Positions 1 to 13,922 of a stretch of DNA of 64,000 nt are shown piece after piece. Position 1 is the stretch's first letter, and every line of letters begins with the position of its first letter. The DNA lies in assembly GCF_052425735.1 (NCBI RefSeq), contig NC_135761.1, positions 46,066,001-46,130,000 of the forward strand, read 5' to 3'. Source of the stretch: Oculina patagonica (taxonomy: Eukaryota). The notes under the pieces are model-generated. The model did no database searches and was not told the origin of the DNA. It worked only from the letters and a program-made list of their open reading frames with translations. The position numbers and the translations under genes are program-made.

Positions 1-310
1 GTCTATTTTTTTCTAACAATCACCGCAGTTTGCGTGTTATTTTTAGTTAAACTACGATGACCAAAGAAGAAGAGTATTTACGAAACAAAAAATGCTTGGG
101 CGAAGGGCTTACAGTTTAAATGTCAGCTACGGTGGTTAATTCCAAGTTAACTCGTCAGTCCTTTAATCAACAGTTTTCTCTTCGGAAAGCTCATTCCCCC
201 TCCCCCATCCCCGGCCCATCTCTCCTTCTAGTCTACGGGGATAGGACTGAAGAGAAAACCTCCCTGGGGACGATTGTTTCTGGATGTTTCTCCGTCCAGA
301 AACGTTTTAC

Positions 311-478
311 CTCTAGGCCTCTGCTTTTTACTGCACTTTGGGATTCTTTTTTAGCCTGCGTGCTTTCCTGTTTGACGGCTGCACCAGACTGATCGATCTC
401 TTTTCCAGAGCCCACGTCCCCTTGACCAGCGGCTGGAAACGCGAACCGCGGGAACTGGGCCACAACACAAACAGACAT
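311..478 (-). CDS. First coding exon of an unidentified gene that continues off the left edge (MSVCVVAQFPRFAFPAAGQGDVGSGKEIDQ...KSRGLE)
   Basis: ATG at 478 (-), 56 codons open, ending at a GAG|GTAAAA donor at 310; head-to-head with RFWD3. Product not recognised. An upstream in-frame ATG at 547 is also possible. Confidence 0.5.
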
Positions 479-593
479 GCGCAGAAGATTAGAAAATGGC
501 GCGTATTGTGAATTTCGCTGCAGAGCGTTTGATTTAGAACATTTCATCGGAATTATGCAACGATAACAGTTTGTTAGAAGACAGTGAAGTCTG
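479..593. promoter_or_regulatory. Putative compact bidirectional promoter
   Basis: Only 115 bp separate two divergent ATGs; CpG-containing; YY1-like AAAATGGCG at 493-501. Confidence 0.45.
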
Positions 594-3500
594 ATGGCTT
601 CTATTCTACACGAAGAGGTAGTAGAAGTTCAAGAAATTGCTCAAGAAATTGTGATAGATACAGACAGGGATGCAGGCAGCAATGTTGTGGATTTGACGAG
701 GGGTATCCGAGAAGACGAAAATGCTGAACAAGAAATGGAAATCGACACTGGCGGAGATGGCGCTGAAAGTGAAGACATACAACCACCAAATAATGAAAAT
801 AATGCCCCAGAAGATACAGAAATGCAGTCGTCGATTCAGAATGTTACCCCAGTGGTTGCAAGAAGTGTACAAGTTCTGGGTGTTTCAGCGGTGAATTCTC
901 CAGACGAGTTTCAAAACAAGGCCTCAAAACCGTCCTCTAAAAACACTTCTAAAGTTAAGAGTGCTAAATCACCGATCAAATCACCCGAGAAAGAGGACGA
1001 TGTAAGTGTCGCCCATGAGCGGTTATTTCTTTCTTTTTTTTTGCCATTTGCTGAGTTGCTGTCTAGCTTTGACACAGGAGCAAACATGGTAACAGTGGTG
1101 TGAATAGCCAGTGGTGTTATGTAACATTGTATTACAAAATAATACCAGTGTATCACTGTGTCAGTATACAGTATATCACCTTATTAGACATTTTATTTTG
1201 TAGTATTGCTGTATAATTTTTGAGTCTTGTATTATTTAAGCGAGCCTGAAAGGGGAGTCGAAATACAAATGATGAGTGAAAATGTATGTAGCGATACTTC
1301 ATACTAAAATTTCTAATAAGAGTTTATTATCCAACGTTTTTTTCCTAAAACGATACCTTTCCGCTGTTTTTCAGCCATTTACATGGTCAAGAAGAATACA
1401 GAACCTGTTAGACAAGACTTGTATAGTACAAATATCTGGGGTCAAGCTTTTTTCACCCCCAAAAGAGACCATTTTTCATGTCTGGTTGGTTTAGACCACC
1501 AATACCAAATTTACCATCTTTATTATTTACTATGGTATAATGTTGTTTTTTCTTCCCATGCAACACTTAACAAGAACTGGATGGCTCAAATATTGGCGTT
1601 TTGAATTAACATACTTGTTAGTTTTGCAGGGTTAATTTTTTACTAGTCCAAGGTTGAAATTGTACAGATAAGTTGCTGATGCTTGTTTCTCTGTTATCTT
1701 ACAGTCACAGTGTTGTCCAATTTGTTTTGAGCCATGGTCAAACTCAGGCTCTCACAGGCTTTCATCTCTCAGCTGCGGCCATCTATTTGGAAGAAGGTTA
1801 GTAACCTTTGTACATTGCCTTGACACTTCCACTTTGTCCTTTGTACTTGCCTTGGTACATGTACATTTCTGGTAATAACTGAAAGTAACAATACTTGCAC
1901 CCTGAACAGGTTCTGTATTCAGTGCACACATTGGCTTGGCTTCATTCTATATGTAGGTTACTCTGAAGATCTAACTTTGGTATGGATTCCAAGAGTGAAC
2001 TGCTTACTGGCATATAATCATAGTCTTAGGAGATTAATGGCTCGTTTTAGTCCATGTCAGCTGACTTTCGTCTTGAAATGGCATAGAATGTTGAGATCCT
2101 TGGTGTGTCTTTGGCATGCGACATACATATACATGAAATCAAATGTACCATCTCAAAGGGTTGCGACCACACAAAAATCTTTTAAGATCTTTGGCAGGTC
2201 TTAAAAGATTGTTAAAAATCATGTAAGGTTTTTCACCAGGGGAACACATGACATTTGTATGTTGTCAACAGCCCTTATACATGTAAGTAAGTGATCGGTG
2301 ACATGGGGTATAAAATAATTATAGGTCATTGAAACCCTTGATTGAGTTTATTATGTTTTATCTTCTTGAAGCTGTATTGAACGATGGTTAAAGGCCAAAG
2401 GGGGAAATGACAAGTGTCCTCAGTGCAATGCACCAGCAAGAAAGAAAGACATTAGAAACATCTACACCAAAGCACTCAAGGCTATTGATACAACCGAACG
2501 TGACAGAGCACTGGCAGATCTGGAGAAAGAGAAAGAGGCTCGGCAGAAAGCAGAAGAGCGAGAGGCTAGAGCTCTGTTACAATACCAGCTGGCTAAAGCT
2601 GAGTGTGAGAGGATTGTTGCACAGCTTAAACAGCAAGAAGAACTAGTTTTTAGTATACAGAGAGAAAGGTACAGTAATGCACCTGTCAATGATTTGCCCC
2701 AGGCCAGGATGGGGGGGGGGGGCAATCCCAGGGGAATTTGACATTTTCAGGTTTTCAAATGCCAATTTCCCCACCCTTGGGTCTCCGTTGAGAGTCAAAT
2801 TCCCACCTTTGGCCAGGTTCTCTCCACTTTCCAAGATGGGTACTGAGTAAAATTTTTCACCAAGAGGACTGTTGTGGATGTCAAAATCCCTACCCAGGAA
2901 GGGCTATGCTAAGTCAAATTCCTGTGGGTTGCCCCCCCCCCCCCATCCTGGGGCAAACCATTGATAGGTGCATAAACACTCATTTAACACAGAAAAATCC
3001 ATAGTTTTCTTTTATTGCTACAGTATTTCTGAAAGTTTGATAGTTCACCAACATCTCATATCATGTCTGCTTGATAAGGTGTTAATAGTGTAAGGAGAAA
3101 TGAGATGCTAATCTCTACTGTGCAACGTATGTAAGAATGGAGCTAAATCATGTGCTTGTGTGCAGTAGGTCAAGCTTATGCTGTAGATGCAACTCAGGAT
3201 CTGAGGGTCCATCAACTGGCATAAGAACCTATGGACAGAGCACTTCCAGTCAGAGTTCAACACCAAGGAAATCTTATGTCCTTCAAACATCTTTTCAAGT
3301 TTCACAGGTACAGTATCAACTTGATACTTGTATAATATTCAGTTCTAATACGGCTGCTATACTAATACTGGTATTAGCAGTTCTGACGTTAGTCAAAAGT
3401 CTTGGGATGCATGTGTTAGCCAAGTTTGGTTGTAATTGGTAAATTTTATTCCAGTTGATAAGCATCTCAGTTACATGTAAATTAATTTGGACAAATTATG

Positions 3501-3918
3501 ATGGTTAAAAGTCTTAGGGCACTTCCAACTTTTTACTTATTAAATAAATGACCTTTGTCTAGAAACCTCTCCCCTCACTACCCAATACAATATTGTTGTG
3601 TTTTCCATTCAACCCAGTACAGTGTACCTTTTCTGGTGTGCATTGATTTTATACACCAGGCCCTGGTTGTTCAAAGGGTTAGGGTGGATAACAATATCCA
3701 CCAGATAAATCACTATCTGGTGGATAGCGAAATAGTTTTTGTATGACAGTTATCCACTGGATAGCCATTTATCCAGTGGATAGTGTTATCCGCCATTTTA
3801 ACATCTCGGCTCAGTGGAGAGAAAGTAATATCATCTTAAAGAAATTAATTTGAGGATGATGGTAACCTTAAGTCCAAAATGATAATCACATGTATTGACT
3901 GTCATAATTATAACCCTG

Positions 3919-3952
<34 letters not shown>

Positions 3953-6900
3953 AAGACTAGTAGAAATGCAGTTTTGGCTAGTAGGTTTTGGACTTTCACT
4001 AGACAAAATGGCCAGTGAAAATTTCAGGCATAAGTGCAAAGATACTGCACAACAACAACAACTTACAACAAAAAAAGAAAAATACTCCGGATAAAGATGA
4101 ATACTTGGTGAAGTCGTGTCTAGATGGTTTGAGATTTTATTGGTGTGAGTTTAAGTTAAAATATGTTCTCTACCTCATGGTGAAAGAAAAATATATATAC
4201 TTGAAAAATATGGCTACAGAAAATCAGTTTTGGCTAGTGGAATCAAAGCTGTCACTAGCCACTTGGCTAGTTAGCAAAAGTTAGTCTCCAGCCCTGCCCT
4301 GAGCCCAGTTGCTCAAAGGATGGATAACGCTGACCAGTGGATACATCGCTATCCTGACCAGTGGATAGCGTACCAGTAGTTTGTTTTGCCAACACTTAAC
4401 CGCTGGATATTGATTTATCGGATGGATAGTGCTATCCACCCTTCGAACAACTGGGGCCAGGTCTAACATTTACAGTGTGTGTTTCTTTAAATATATCAAG
4501 AGTGGTGCCAGAGTGGTTGCATTTGATCAGCACCATGCTGTGTTAGTAGTGTCCAAGCCATCTCCTAACCAGCTCTTTCCTGGCTTTGGTGTTGTGAAGG
4601 TTAGTGCAAAATGTACATGTACGCATTTACATCTATATCTAATGCAATTATTGTGTTTTCCAATTATCCAGTCAGAGTTCTTTTTGATCTTGAAGATCAA
4701 AGGGAATTCTGCTCACAGGGTAGTTTTTACGTTTATTAGGGGTTTCAACATTTGTTGGTAAAAATCTTCATCCATGACAAAAATTAACATACACTGTAGT
4801 AAATGTAATTACATTGTATAAATTTTTATGGTATGATAGATTGCTGTTGTAACCTAGAGAGTCACTGAAATGCATCAATTTTGGAACAAAAAAAATCAAT
4901 ATGGAACACCACTACCGTGTGTTCACCTAAATGTACATGTTGTAGTCTGGTGCAAAAACTTTGTGAGTTGGAGGCTTCCGGTACATTAAAAAGTGGTAGT
5001 TTTCAGTAAATTTCTCACATATAACATGAGTGTTTGAGAGAGAGTGTTTGTCTCCCACCAATGTCGCCCGGGTTTGATACCTGGACCCGGCATCACATCA
5101 TTGTGGGTTGAGTTTGTTGTTGGTTCTCTTCCTCACTCTGAGGGTTTTTTCTCCGGGTTCTCCGGTTTTCCTCCCACCGCAAATATCAACACTGCTAAAT
5201 TCCAATTTGATCGAAACAGTGGATGAAGAGCCACCTTGTGGGAGTGCCACTGCAAATTCCCATTTTTATTTTTTATTTTATTTATAAGTAGTATTTTTGT
5301 TGAGTATTGATGACATGGAAAGACTCAAATTTACAAGTGTCACCACATGAAATACATTTACTATAGGTGGTATTAGCATTATAATTGGGAATATCATTTT
5401 GATGTCAACTTTTAGGTGAGCTCTCTGGATTCCAAGCATTGTGAGTATGTTCGGATCCACCAGAAGGCAGTCCGCGATGTGGCTTTCAACTGTAGGGGTG
5501 ATGGTTTGTTGTTGACAGCAAGCATGGACAAGACAGTCAGAGTCACTAGTATGCTCAGCAATACTGTTGTACAAACGTAAGTTGATAAATATCATGAATT
5601 ATAAATTTTTGTCCCATTTCTCATGGGTAATATATGTATTGTATGCAGTGATAGTTTTCTGGCATAAGGAACCTTTGATAAATGAACAGTAAACCATTTT
5701 GTGCAATTTTCCACATGTACATGTGCAATTTTCACATGCCGTAAAACGTTTTCTTTTAGTAAGTGTAATTATTTCACATTTAAACCAGTGAAATTGATTA
5801 TGGGGTAATACAGTGGGACCTCGCTATAATGAAGGGCCAAGGGACTGGCAAAATATGTTTGCTATAACAAGGTTCCGTTATGTGGAGGTTCTTTTCCATA
5901 TAATTTATTTTACTATTACCGGTACTTGGGGAATGATATTGTTCGTTATATTGAGGACTTCCCTATATAGAGGTTTGTTTAATTGAGGTTCCACTGTATG
6001 TAGTACATTGTGTTACATGCACTCTTTAAATCTTTTGTGTGTGTTTTTTTGTTTCTTATAGACATTGACTAGTAGATACATTTGTATTGTTTCACTGGTG
6101 AGATAAAATCACCATATTGCAGAAGTTATTTTTTGAAGCAGATCAGCAATGAGTAAACTTAAATAGCAGGATCTGGTCATTTTACGTTGTTATGCATACA
6201 TACACATACATACATACTTTATTGACTTTCCCCCTAGAGGCTTTTCAAAGACAATGAAATAAATACAATAATAATTTAAAACTACTTAAAACTCTAAGAT
6301 GATATTCATACTTAAAATTAATTAACTAGGATTAAGAATCTATAAAATCTTTGATAAGTTTACGTTTAAGATAAAACTTAAAAGCAGATACTTTCTCGAG
6401 ATCAAATTATGCGATCAAATGATCAATATTATATCACACTTGTAGGCTTTAGAAGAATATCAGCACTATAAGTTTTGTTTCCTGATTTTAGTTACAGTAC
6501 ACCAGTCCCTGCCTGGTCTTGTGCCTGGAACGATCATGACACTAATTACATCTACTGTGGCCTTCAAAATGGCACTTGTCTGATATTTGACGTCAGAAAC
6601 ACTGATACTTATCTCAAGAGTATCCAGAGTGCGACAGGAGGATCCTGTCCTGTTATCTCTGTCGCTCATGTGTCACCAGATCCACACAGTGCTTTGAGGT
6701 GAGTTGTGCATGCACAAAATAGGCAGATGCATTGGACAGTGAACTAAAAATAATCTGAGAAGAAAGTGTGTGATTTTATGGAATTGTAGTTTAAAATGAA
6801 TTTTAGGTCAAAATGATTAACAATGAAAATACATGTAGTTTGATTTGTATTTTTCTTTGTTTAAGGATTATGATAATACATGTAAACCTGGAATAAAGGC

Positions 6901-9900
6901 AAATTAAAATTGAATAGTTTGAAATCATTTAGACCTGAAAACATTATTTAACAGATACATGTACACTGTTGCACCTGTCTTTTTATAGAAATTTAGCTGA
7001 GAAAAGTAATGCAAACATAATTAATTACAGTAAGAGTTTTGAATTATGGTATATTAACACCAAATAGAAAGCTACTTGGAAACATACACTCATGTACACT
7101 GTACATTTGTTCTGTTTCAGACCTGGAGGTATTCTTGCGTGTAAACTGGAAGGAGCATCTTTCTGGGAAAAAACACCTGGAGCAGACTATCTACCACATC
7201 ATTTTACCTTGCCTGAAGGTACAGAGGGAGATGACTTATTTCTGTCTTTTCTTATGTAATTGTCTTGTCTTGAGATATTCTGTACCGTAAATGATCTAAT
7301 AAACGCCCGGGGCGTCTATTAAATTTTTGGGGTCCTAGGGGAGGCATTAAATAGATATGAGGCGTTTATTAGAGAGAGGCGTTTATTTCAATTTAACAGT
7401 AGCAACGTCAACACAACTTATAGGATGGGTAGTTTTCTACTGGAGTAAGATACATAACAGAGTTTGTGAGTAGGAGACTAATCTAATCTGCGCTAATGCA
7501 AAGCCTTGAGATGCCGTTCATAGTTTGATTTCGACGTTTTTTATCGTCATCGGGTTTAACCATGTTGGCGTTGTTGGCCTCTTCTATGTCCAAGTCAAGC
7601 AAAAAACTAACTTTATTGTGTGAAATTACTCTATGGAGCATTTCCTTGGTTTTTGAGATGATTCCTGGAGGGGGGCGTCTATTAGACACGGGGCGTTTAT
7701 TAGAGAGGGGCGTCTAATACGAACTTAACACCTCAGAGGGGGCGTTTATTAGATAAGAGGCGTTTTTTTGAGAGAGGGCATTTATTAGATCATTTACGGT
7801 AAATGACTTGCAACTGTCAACTGTAATGACTGTACTGTAATCCTTTTTCTGGCTGACACCGTAATAAAATATCTCACAGCTGTAACCTTATGTAAAAGTA
7901 GACTTTTCACAGCCCTCTATTTCCTTGCATATTTTTTGTTTGTTGAACATGAAAAACTGGACACCATGTGAACTGGACACCAGTGCAAAACAGAAAGCTC
8001 TTTGCTCGCAGCCGCACCAGCCCCCACTGCCTTGTGCTTTACAATTGCTTTACTCATTTTTTTGTCCACATTCATAAATTGCATAATTGAAAAATAGAAA
8101 GGCTGTGAAGAGTCTAATGTCCGTAATTAGTTTTCTTCTATGGGGTCCTGAAATTGTGAGCTGTTCTTTGCAGAACTTCATTATGCACATATTTAAATTA
8201 AAAATATTAATTTGCATCCTTGATAATTTTGACATAAACTTTTACATTATTGAGTCATTGTAATATTGTTTCATTTGTCTCTTGTTGTTTAGGGTCCTGC
8301 ACCAGTTTATCATTTGAGCCATCAACTCGGCACTGTATGTTCTCACTTCGCCCTTCTAAGAAATTTCCTCAAACAAGACATTTGGTAGGATTGCCTTAAA
8401 TTATGATTGAACATTACACATTTTCTAAATGCTACGGCATTGTGCTAAACATTTAGCCAAAAATATTTTTTAGTACATTAATATCTGCTGTATTTCTTCT
8501 TGCTTTTTGGCAGGTTTGTCAGTTGCAAGGGAATGGTATCGGAGTGTCAACAGCTCGCGCTCAAGCAGAAAGAGCAGTAGATGTGGAGGGTAGTGATCAA
8601 GGTATGTTTTGTGCATCATTTGCAGCAAAACTGGTTAGCTGATGGCTGCATTTTAATTCAATTTTAATTGTCTTTTGAGATCACAAAAATATGAGAACCT
8701 CCCTAGAAACCATTGAATGTGACAGGAGCTTCCTCTGTAGAGATTTCTATCATCATCATCATCATCATCATTTTGTCAATATTAAATTTAACGTGTCAGA
8801 GATACTATTGGAACCAGATGGATGTATTCCTTTACTCACATTGGCATCAGGCTGACTGACTGACCTTTATATGGTGTATACATGTACATGTAAATGTACA
8901 TGTAAATTCTCAATCCTGCGTGATTGTATCTAGGTTTCTTTTGCTCCTGGGTCTCTTTGGATGGGAATTAATGGGTGTATGAAGGCAGCCATGCTATGAA
9001 ATTCACAAAATAATTGCTTGACCCTCAGTGTGCATCTCCGCTCTGCTAGAAGACAATGTACTGATAATACATGTACATGTATAAATTCCCTTCTGTGCTT
9101 TTATTTTGACAGAAGCCAGTCTGTGCACCTGTCAAGCCATCAATCAGTGTGTTGGCGGCCCGACACAGAAACTTCTCAGCAAATCCAGGCTATTCACGTG
9201 TCCTGATGATCGTAATACCCTTATGGTGGCAGCTGGTGATGAGAGCTCCTCATCAGTAAGTTCTATCTGGCTACCACTTGTTAGAAAAATTAGACAAGAT
9301 TTGATTTTTTGCAGAACGTTACATCATCATCTGTCATTTTAGTGCTAGGCAACACATAAGCCCTCAGAAAGTGACACTGTTAGTAGCAAAATGTTTGAAG
9401 AGTTTCTGGATGTATAAAGTTAAGGTCATTGCCCTGTATTGCATTGCGCATCCTTGCTGCGCAGAATTTTACGCGTAATAAGCGCGCGCACATAAACAAA
9501 ATGGCGGCTTTTTTCTATGTGGCTTAGTCCGCGAGAGAAGTAAATTGTCGCTTTCTCGTAAACGAGTCTGGTGACCTATCGATTTTTTCTCATATTTTGG
9601 GTGTAGCGATCAAGTTCTTTCTGTAAAATGAAAACAGATCAATTCTTGTGTTTAAAAAATAAATTATCGCTAAAAACGTGTACTTTGCTAGTACTCGCAG
9701 AGGAATTTTAAAGGCATTATATGGAAGATACAAGGTCTTCCTGCTCCTAAACGAATCTGGTGACCCCCCTTTTTTATTTCAAAATTTAAGTTTCCTTAAA
9801 GTAATAAACCAATAGGCGAAGTTTGGTTAAAAAATTGTGTTCAGTTCTATTTCAGGGCAATGACCGTAAGAGTTTAAAGTTTTGAGTAAGCAATCTTCTG

Positions 9901-10517
9901 AATTCTGTGACGTGTTTGGTAATTAAGAAAATCCCAGGCAGGTATCAGGACTATCTGCAAGAAGATCAGCAATATTTTAACTACAGTCAACAATCCAACA
10001 AAAAGCCAGGGCTTATGCATAATAATGAGACCAAAATCCGTAATTTACACCTCTAGGCTAAGTGAGACAATTAACATGCCCCTCCAATTTATATGGGAAT
10101 CCCCACCCCCAGCGTAACTGTACCTACAATTTGCGCTACGATTAAATTTTTCATTACATCAGTATTGCTGTGTCCATGCCCTGCCCCCCCCCCCCCCAAC
10201 AATTGCTGTTCATCCCCCAAACCAACATACAGAGGCAAGGAAACATGGCAGCTATCTTATCAACTGTGTCTAGAATTGTACCTCTATCACTGGTATAACG
10301 TTAAGATGACCCTTGTTATCAGCAAGTTTTTTTTAAATTGTTTGTTGCTTGTTATTTCACATAGACTTTAATATGGAATGGCAGCAATGGAAAGCAGCTA
10401 CAGAAATTATCAAACCAAGGAAAGGAGATATTAGATGTTCTTCCCTTTGCTGCTAATGGCAGTGACTTTATGGCCTCAATTGATGAACAGAAATTAACCA
10501 TTTACAAATGGCTGTAA
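594..10517 (+). CDS. RFWD3: E3 ubiquitin ligase RFWD3 (acidic N-terminus, RING, coiled coil, WD40), 12 exons, about 659 aa
   Basis: Exons 594-1001, 1705-1796, 2372-2668, 3166(or 3169)-3307, 4501-4599, 5416-5576, 6492-6698, 7121-7218, 8293-8384, 8514-8601, 9113-9255, 10365-10517; all GT-AG and in frame (1980 nt). [38 protein letters not shown]...CPQC; WD40 motifs [43 protein letters not shown]. Confidence 0.95.
2677..2973. mobile_element. MITE with long terminal inverted repeats in RFWD3 intron 3
   Basis: ATGCACCTGTCAATGATTTGCCCCAGG ... CCTGGGGCAAACCATTGATAGGTGCAT, with internal G-run/C-run inverted symmetry; begins 8 nt after the exon 3 donor. Confidence 0.75.
3655..3812. mobile_element. Palindromic MITE rich in GGATA/TATCC motifs (copy 1)
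   Basis: GGCCCTGGTTGTTCAAA...GTGGATAAC...TATCCA repeats; related copies at about 4301-4460, 35491-35626 and 62305-62360. Confidence 0.65.
3920..4296. mobile_element. hAT-like MITE (CAGGGCT termini)
   Basis: TIR CAGGGCTCGAGACTAAC versus CAGGGCTGGAGACTAAC (16/17); flanks CCCTGG/CCCTGA resemble a 6-bp TSD. Confidence 0.75.
4301..4460. mobile_element. Palindromic GGATA/TATCC MITE (copy 2)
   Basis: GCCCAGTTGCTCAAAGGATGGATAACGC ... GCTATCCACCCTTCGAACAACTGGGGC inverted ends. Confidence 0.65.
5045..5285 (+). mobile_element. tRNA-derived SINE, 5'-truncated
   Basis: B-box-like GGGTTTGATACCTGG followed by GTGGGTTGAGTTTGTTGTTGGTTCTC body and a (TTTTTA)n tail. Confidence 0.6.
5811..5996. mobile_element. 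Tc1/mariner-type MITE
   Basis: TA|CAGTGGGACCTC ... GAGGTTCCACTG|TA. Confidence 0.75.
7285..7799. mobile_element. Tc1/mariner (pogo-like) MITE
   Basis: TA|CCGTAAATGATCTAATAAACGCCC ... GGGCATTTATTAGATCATTTACGG|TA; many subterminal GGGCGTTTATTAG repeats. Confidence 0.85.
9424..9865. mobile_element. TTAA-target MITE (piggyBac or Kolobok type)
   Basis: TTAA|GGTCATTGCCCTG ... CAGGGCAATGACC|GTAA. Confidence 0.7.
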
Positions 10518-12022
10518 AAATAGTGGTACATTTTGAAGACAAAGTCAGACAGTTTCTGTGATCACTTTGAACACACCCTGGGGTACAGACTGTATCTGCT
10601 GTGTCCTTTGTCCAGTGTTAATTACCGGTACTTCAAGGCAATGGACAGAACTGTACATGTACATGTATGGTACCTTAATGTGGTGGACAGAAGCCTGAAA
10701 CAGAAATCAATTTTTTAGTGCTGCATGAAACTACTGGAGAAGACAGAAGACCAAAGACGTGTTTGCAGGCTAAGAGGTCACAAGGGGAAGTCAGGATTCT
10801 TGTTCACAATGTTCTTGAGAGGCACCTATGCTTTTTTACTTCAATTTGACCATGTGCCTAAGCTTGAAAAGCTCAGAAAGAGTTCAAAATGTGAGTCACT
10901 ACACAGTCCTCACTGAAGGTCTGACAGCTATTTTTCCCTTCTTCCAAATAATTACACAAAACATTATATTCTTCCAAAATGCATCAGAGATTTGAAGCAG
11001 AAGCCAGGGCGGGTTGCAAGTGTTACAACAATTTTATTGAGCAACAGAACAATGCTAAAATAGATGTTACAATTTAAATTTAATATGTAAAGTTATATTT
11101 TACTCTTATTATATTTTTAAAATAAATTTGACTCAAGAAACTGTTCATATCTGCATCATTCTTGTAGAGTTATTAAATAATGAGTTGATTTCTCCAGCAG
11201 TATGCCAGTTCATAAGGCAAAAATTATAATCACTCTTTTATAGCATGAAAAAGAGATTCCTCTACCATCACACCCTTATTCAACCTCTTGCAGTAGAGAT
11301 GTGAGATTTGTTTTTACCAAATATTTCCATAATTAATGAACTATTTTGACAGAGATCCTAATCAAGCATGATTGGTTGTTTATTGGCTATAACTTTCCAT
11401 ATATCAAAGAACCAATCAGATACACTTCACAGATCTGATCATAATCAAAGATCTCTTCGAGATATCGACTTTTTTTGCATGCAGTTAGTACGAGTAGAAG
11501 GTTTATGCTGGGCATTGTTGTTCGAACATATCATGGAAGAATTCAAACGTCTTTCAGTTCAAGCATTTTTTTTATTTTCGCGGAGGAAATGCTGTATTTG
11601 TCAGTCGCTACGGCTGGGTGCTTTGCGACTCATATACTTTGGCTTGGTTAAAAAGCCGTAGGGAAGGCTCAGGGAAGGCTCATTTTCCCGTTGAGCGAGA
11701 AAAATAACGCCTGATCGCAGGTTAGGTTACGCACGACAGAGTTACCTTTTGAAAGTGATAAATGATCATCGCAGTGAATTTCCAATTTAAGCAATTGGAA
11801 TAAAGAAGCCTGAAAAAAATTCAGGGCTTCAACGGGATTAACCCCACATTGAGAAGTAAATTTTCGTTTGAATATTACCAAAAGCCGCTTCTCCTCGCGT
11901 TATTCTTTACCTTACGGCTACACATGCCATTTCTAACGACTACATTTCCAGTAAAACCGTTGCTGTTTATTTTTCTAATGGCGATGCATTAACTTCTGAA
12001 CAGAAGAAACGTTTAGCGTTTA

Positions 12023-12250
12023 GGGACGGCCATTATTTTTTTGGAGGGGGGGGGGGGGATGAAAAATATTGAAAAAAAATTGTTTGCAGGGACTGGAAAG
12101 ACAAAATAAATTGTTTGCAAAAACGATATGAATAATAAAAAATAGTAAGAATTTCGAAAAAAAATGTTTGCAGAGGTGCATAAACTAAAATAAAAAGTTT
12201 GCAGACGAACATTTTTCATCCCCCCTCCCAAGAAAATAATGGTCCGTCCC
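12023..12250. mobile_element. PIF/Harbinger-type MITE
   Basis: TTA|GGGACGGCCATTATTTT ... AAAATAATGGTCCGTCCC|TTA; extended internal symmetry. Confidence 0.8.
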
Positions 12251-13922
12251 TTACTGCTTCCACTGGAAGTAATTTCACATCAGGCTACAAAAACACTTGT
12301 AAATATCACTTAACACATTTAATAATCAATTGTCACGAAATGAGTTCCCTTTGGTTAACTATTAGCAACGTTTTAGTGTGTGAAAGACTTGTACGAGTAC
12401 AAATTTGCGTTGTTAATCGTTTTAGGTTAAATTAATATTAGCGCCTAAAGACTTGTACCATGACAAATTGCGTTCTTAATCGTTTTAAACTTTGCTGCCT
12501 TCGAGCGCTGAACCCCTTACATTCTTAATTGGTTATGTGACGTAAGATTTGGGCTACTCACGTTTTTGATTGTTATCATATAACGTTTGTAAATTTGACA
12601 AGTCACGTTTTTTCAACAAGAACGGAAGTGCTGAAGCACAACTATAGAGTGACACTTTACAAGTCACGCGCTTTGATCACCCACAGCGGAAAGTATTCCC
12701 TTGAGAAATTAAAACAGTCCCTTGAGAGTTAACAAGAATGCGATCCCTTCCGGTTCAGATTTTACCCAACGTAAACGCTATTCTCCTACTTTTTGCTTGT
12801 AAACAAGCAAAAAAAGTCGAAAAAATTATCGGTAATGCGACATTATCACTCAGTTTAGAATTTGTTGGCTGAAATCTCAAACACCTTCAGTGCATGTGGG
12901 AGATATGTCTCCTTCCCTGGCTATAAACACCCTTGGGGCACATGTTTGCACTTTACACAATGCAATCTTCAAATATCAAAAAAATGGTTTACAAATGACA
13001 GCTGAAAAAGCATATACCAGTATGCTGAAAGAAACACTGGATGGCTAATATTAAGATGAGCAAGATGCACCATGTTACATTTACATTTTAGCGTCTGTAT
13101 AGCCAAGTTTGAAGGTCCTTCCAGTAATACAATTAAAATGGACACTGATGAACCAACACCTAACATTGTTAGTCCTTATTGCAACATGTGGCCAAATGTT
13201 GGATTTTGTTTAACTGACGTCTGAATTGAATTAAACTTGTTCCAACAGGATGGTCAAATTGTTCCAACGTTCTTAATGACTGGTCCAGTATCCTGAGGGA
13301 AACAGTTAATTTTGTTTCCCAAGAATCTCAATTCAGCTCGGGAAACATTGTTATCAGAGGAAACAAAATTAACTGGTTTCCCTAGGGATCAGTCATTAAG
13401 TGTTTTGTTTTATAGCACAACGGGAGCTTGTTGGTCATCATTACCAGGCAACATTGCAATGTGACCCTCTGACGTCATAGATTTTGCAATGTTGGCTGCT
13501 CGCAGACTTGGCGTGAAACAGTTTTTATTGTTAGGTGTCATATGACCTTGAATAAGCCAATAAGAGTGCATACTGATGGGGAAAAATTACTAGCTATACA
13601 ATGGAAATCTCTGTTGCAACCTTTTGAGCAGGGCAAAGTGTTATTTACCATTTCAAGAGAACATGTGTTGACTGGAAAGAAGTTATTACAAGAATGGCTG
13701 TTCTTAAAATGTAGAAACTTTGTGGAGATATGTTGCTGTCTATAAAAATGTATGATCAAACAGACACTTAAATTACAAAAATAAATAATTGTACCAATCA
13801 TTACCTAATGAACTGAAAGAATTATGACATTTTATATGTAGATTAACATACATTGTAAAAAAAAAATTATTATTTCAAGTTACTTTTTTATCAATATATT
13901 TAAATGTTACTATGTTTGCTTA

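Noticed and set aside
120-392. Plus-strand 90-aa ORF and most other short ORFs in the track
   Set aside because: Antisense shadows of real exons, repeat-derived, or lacking splice and homology support.
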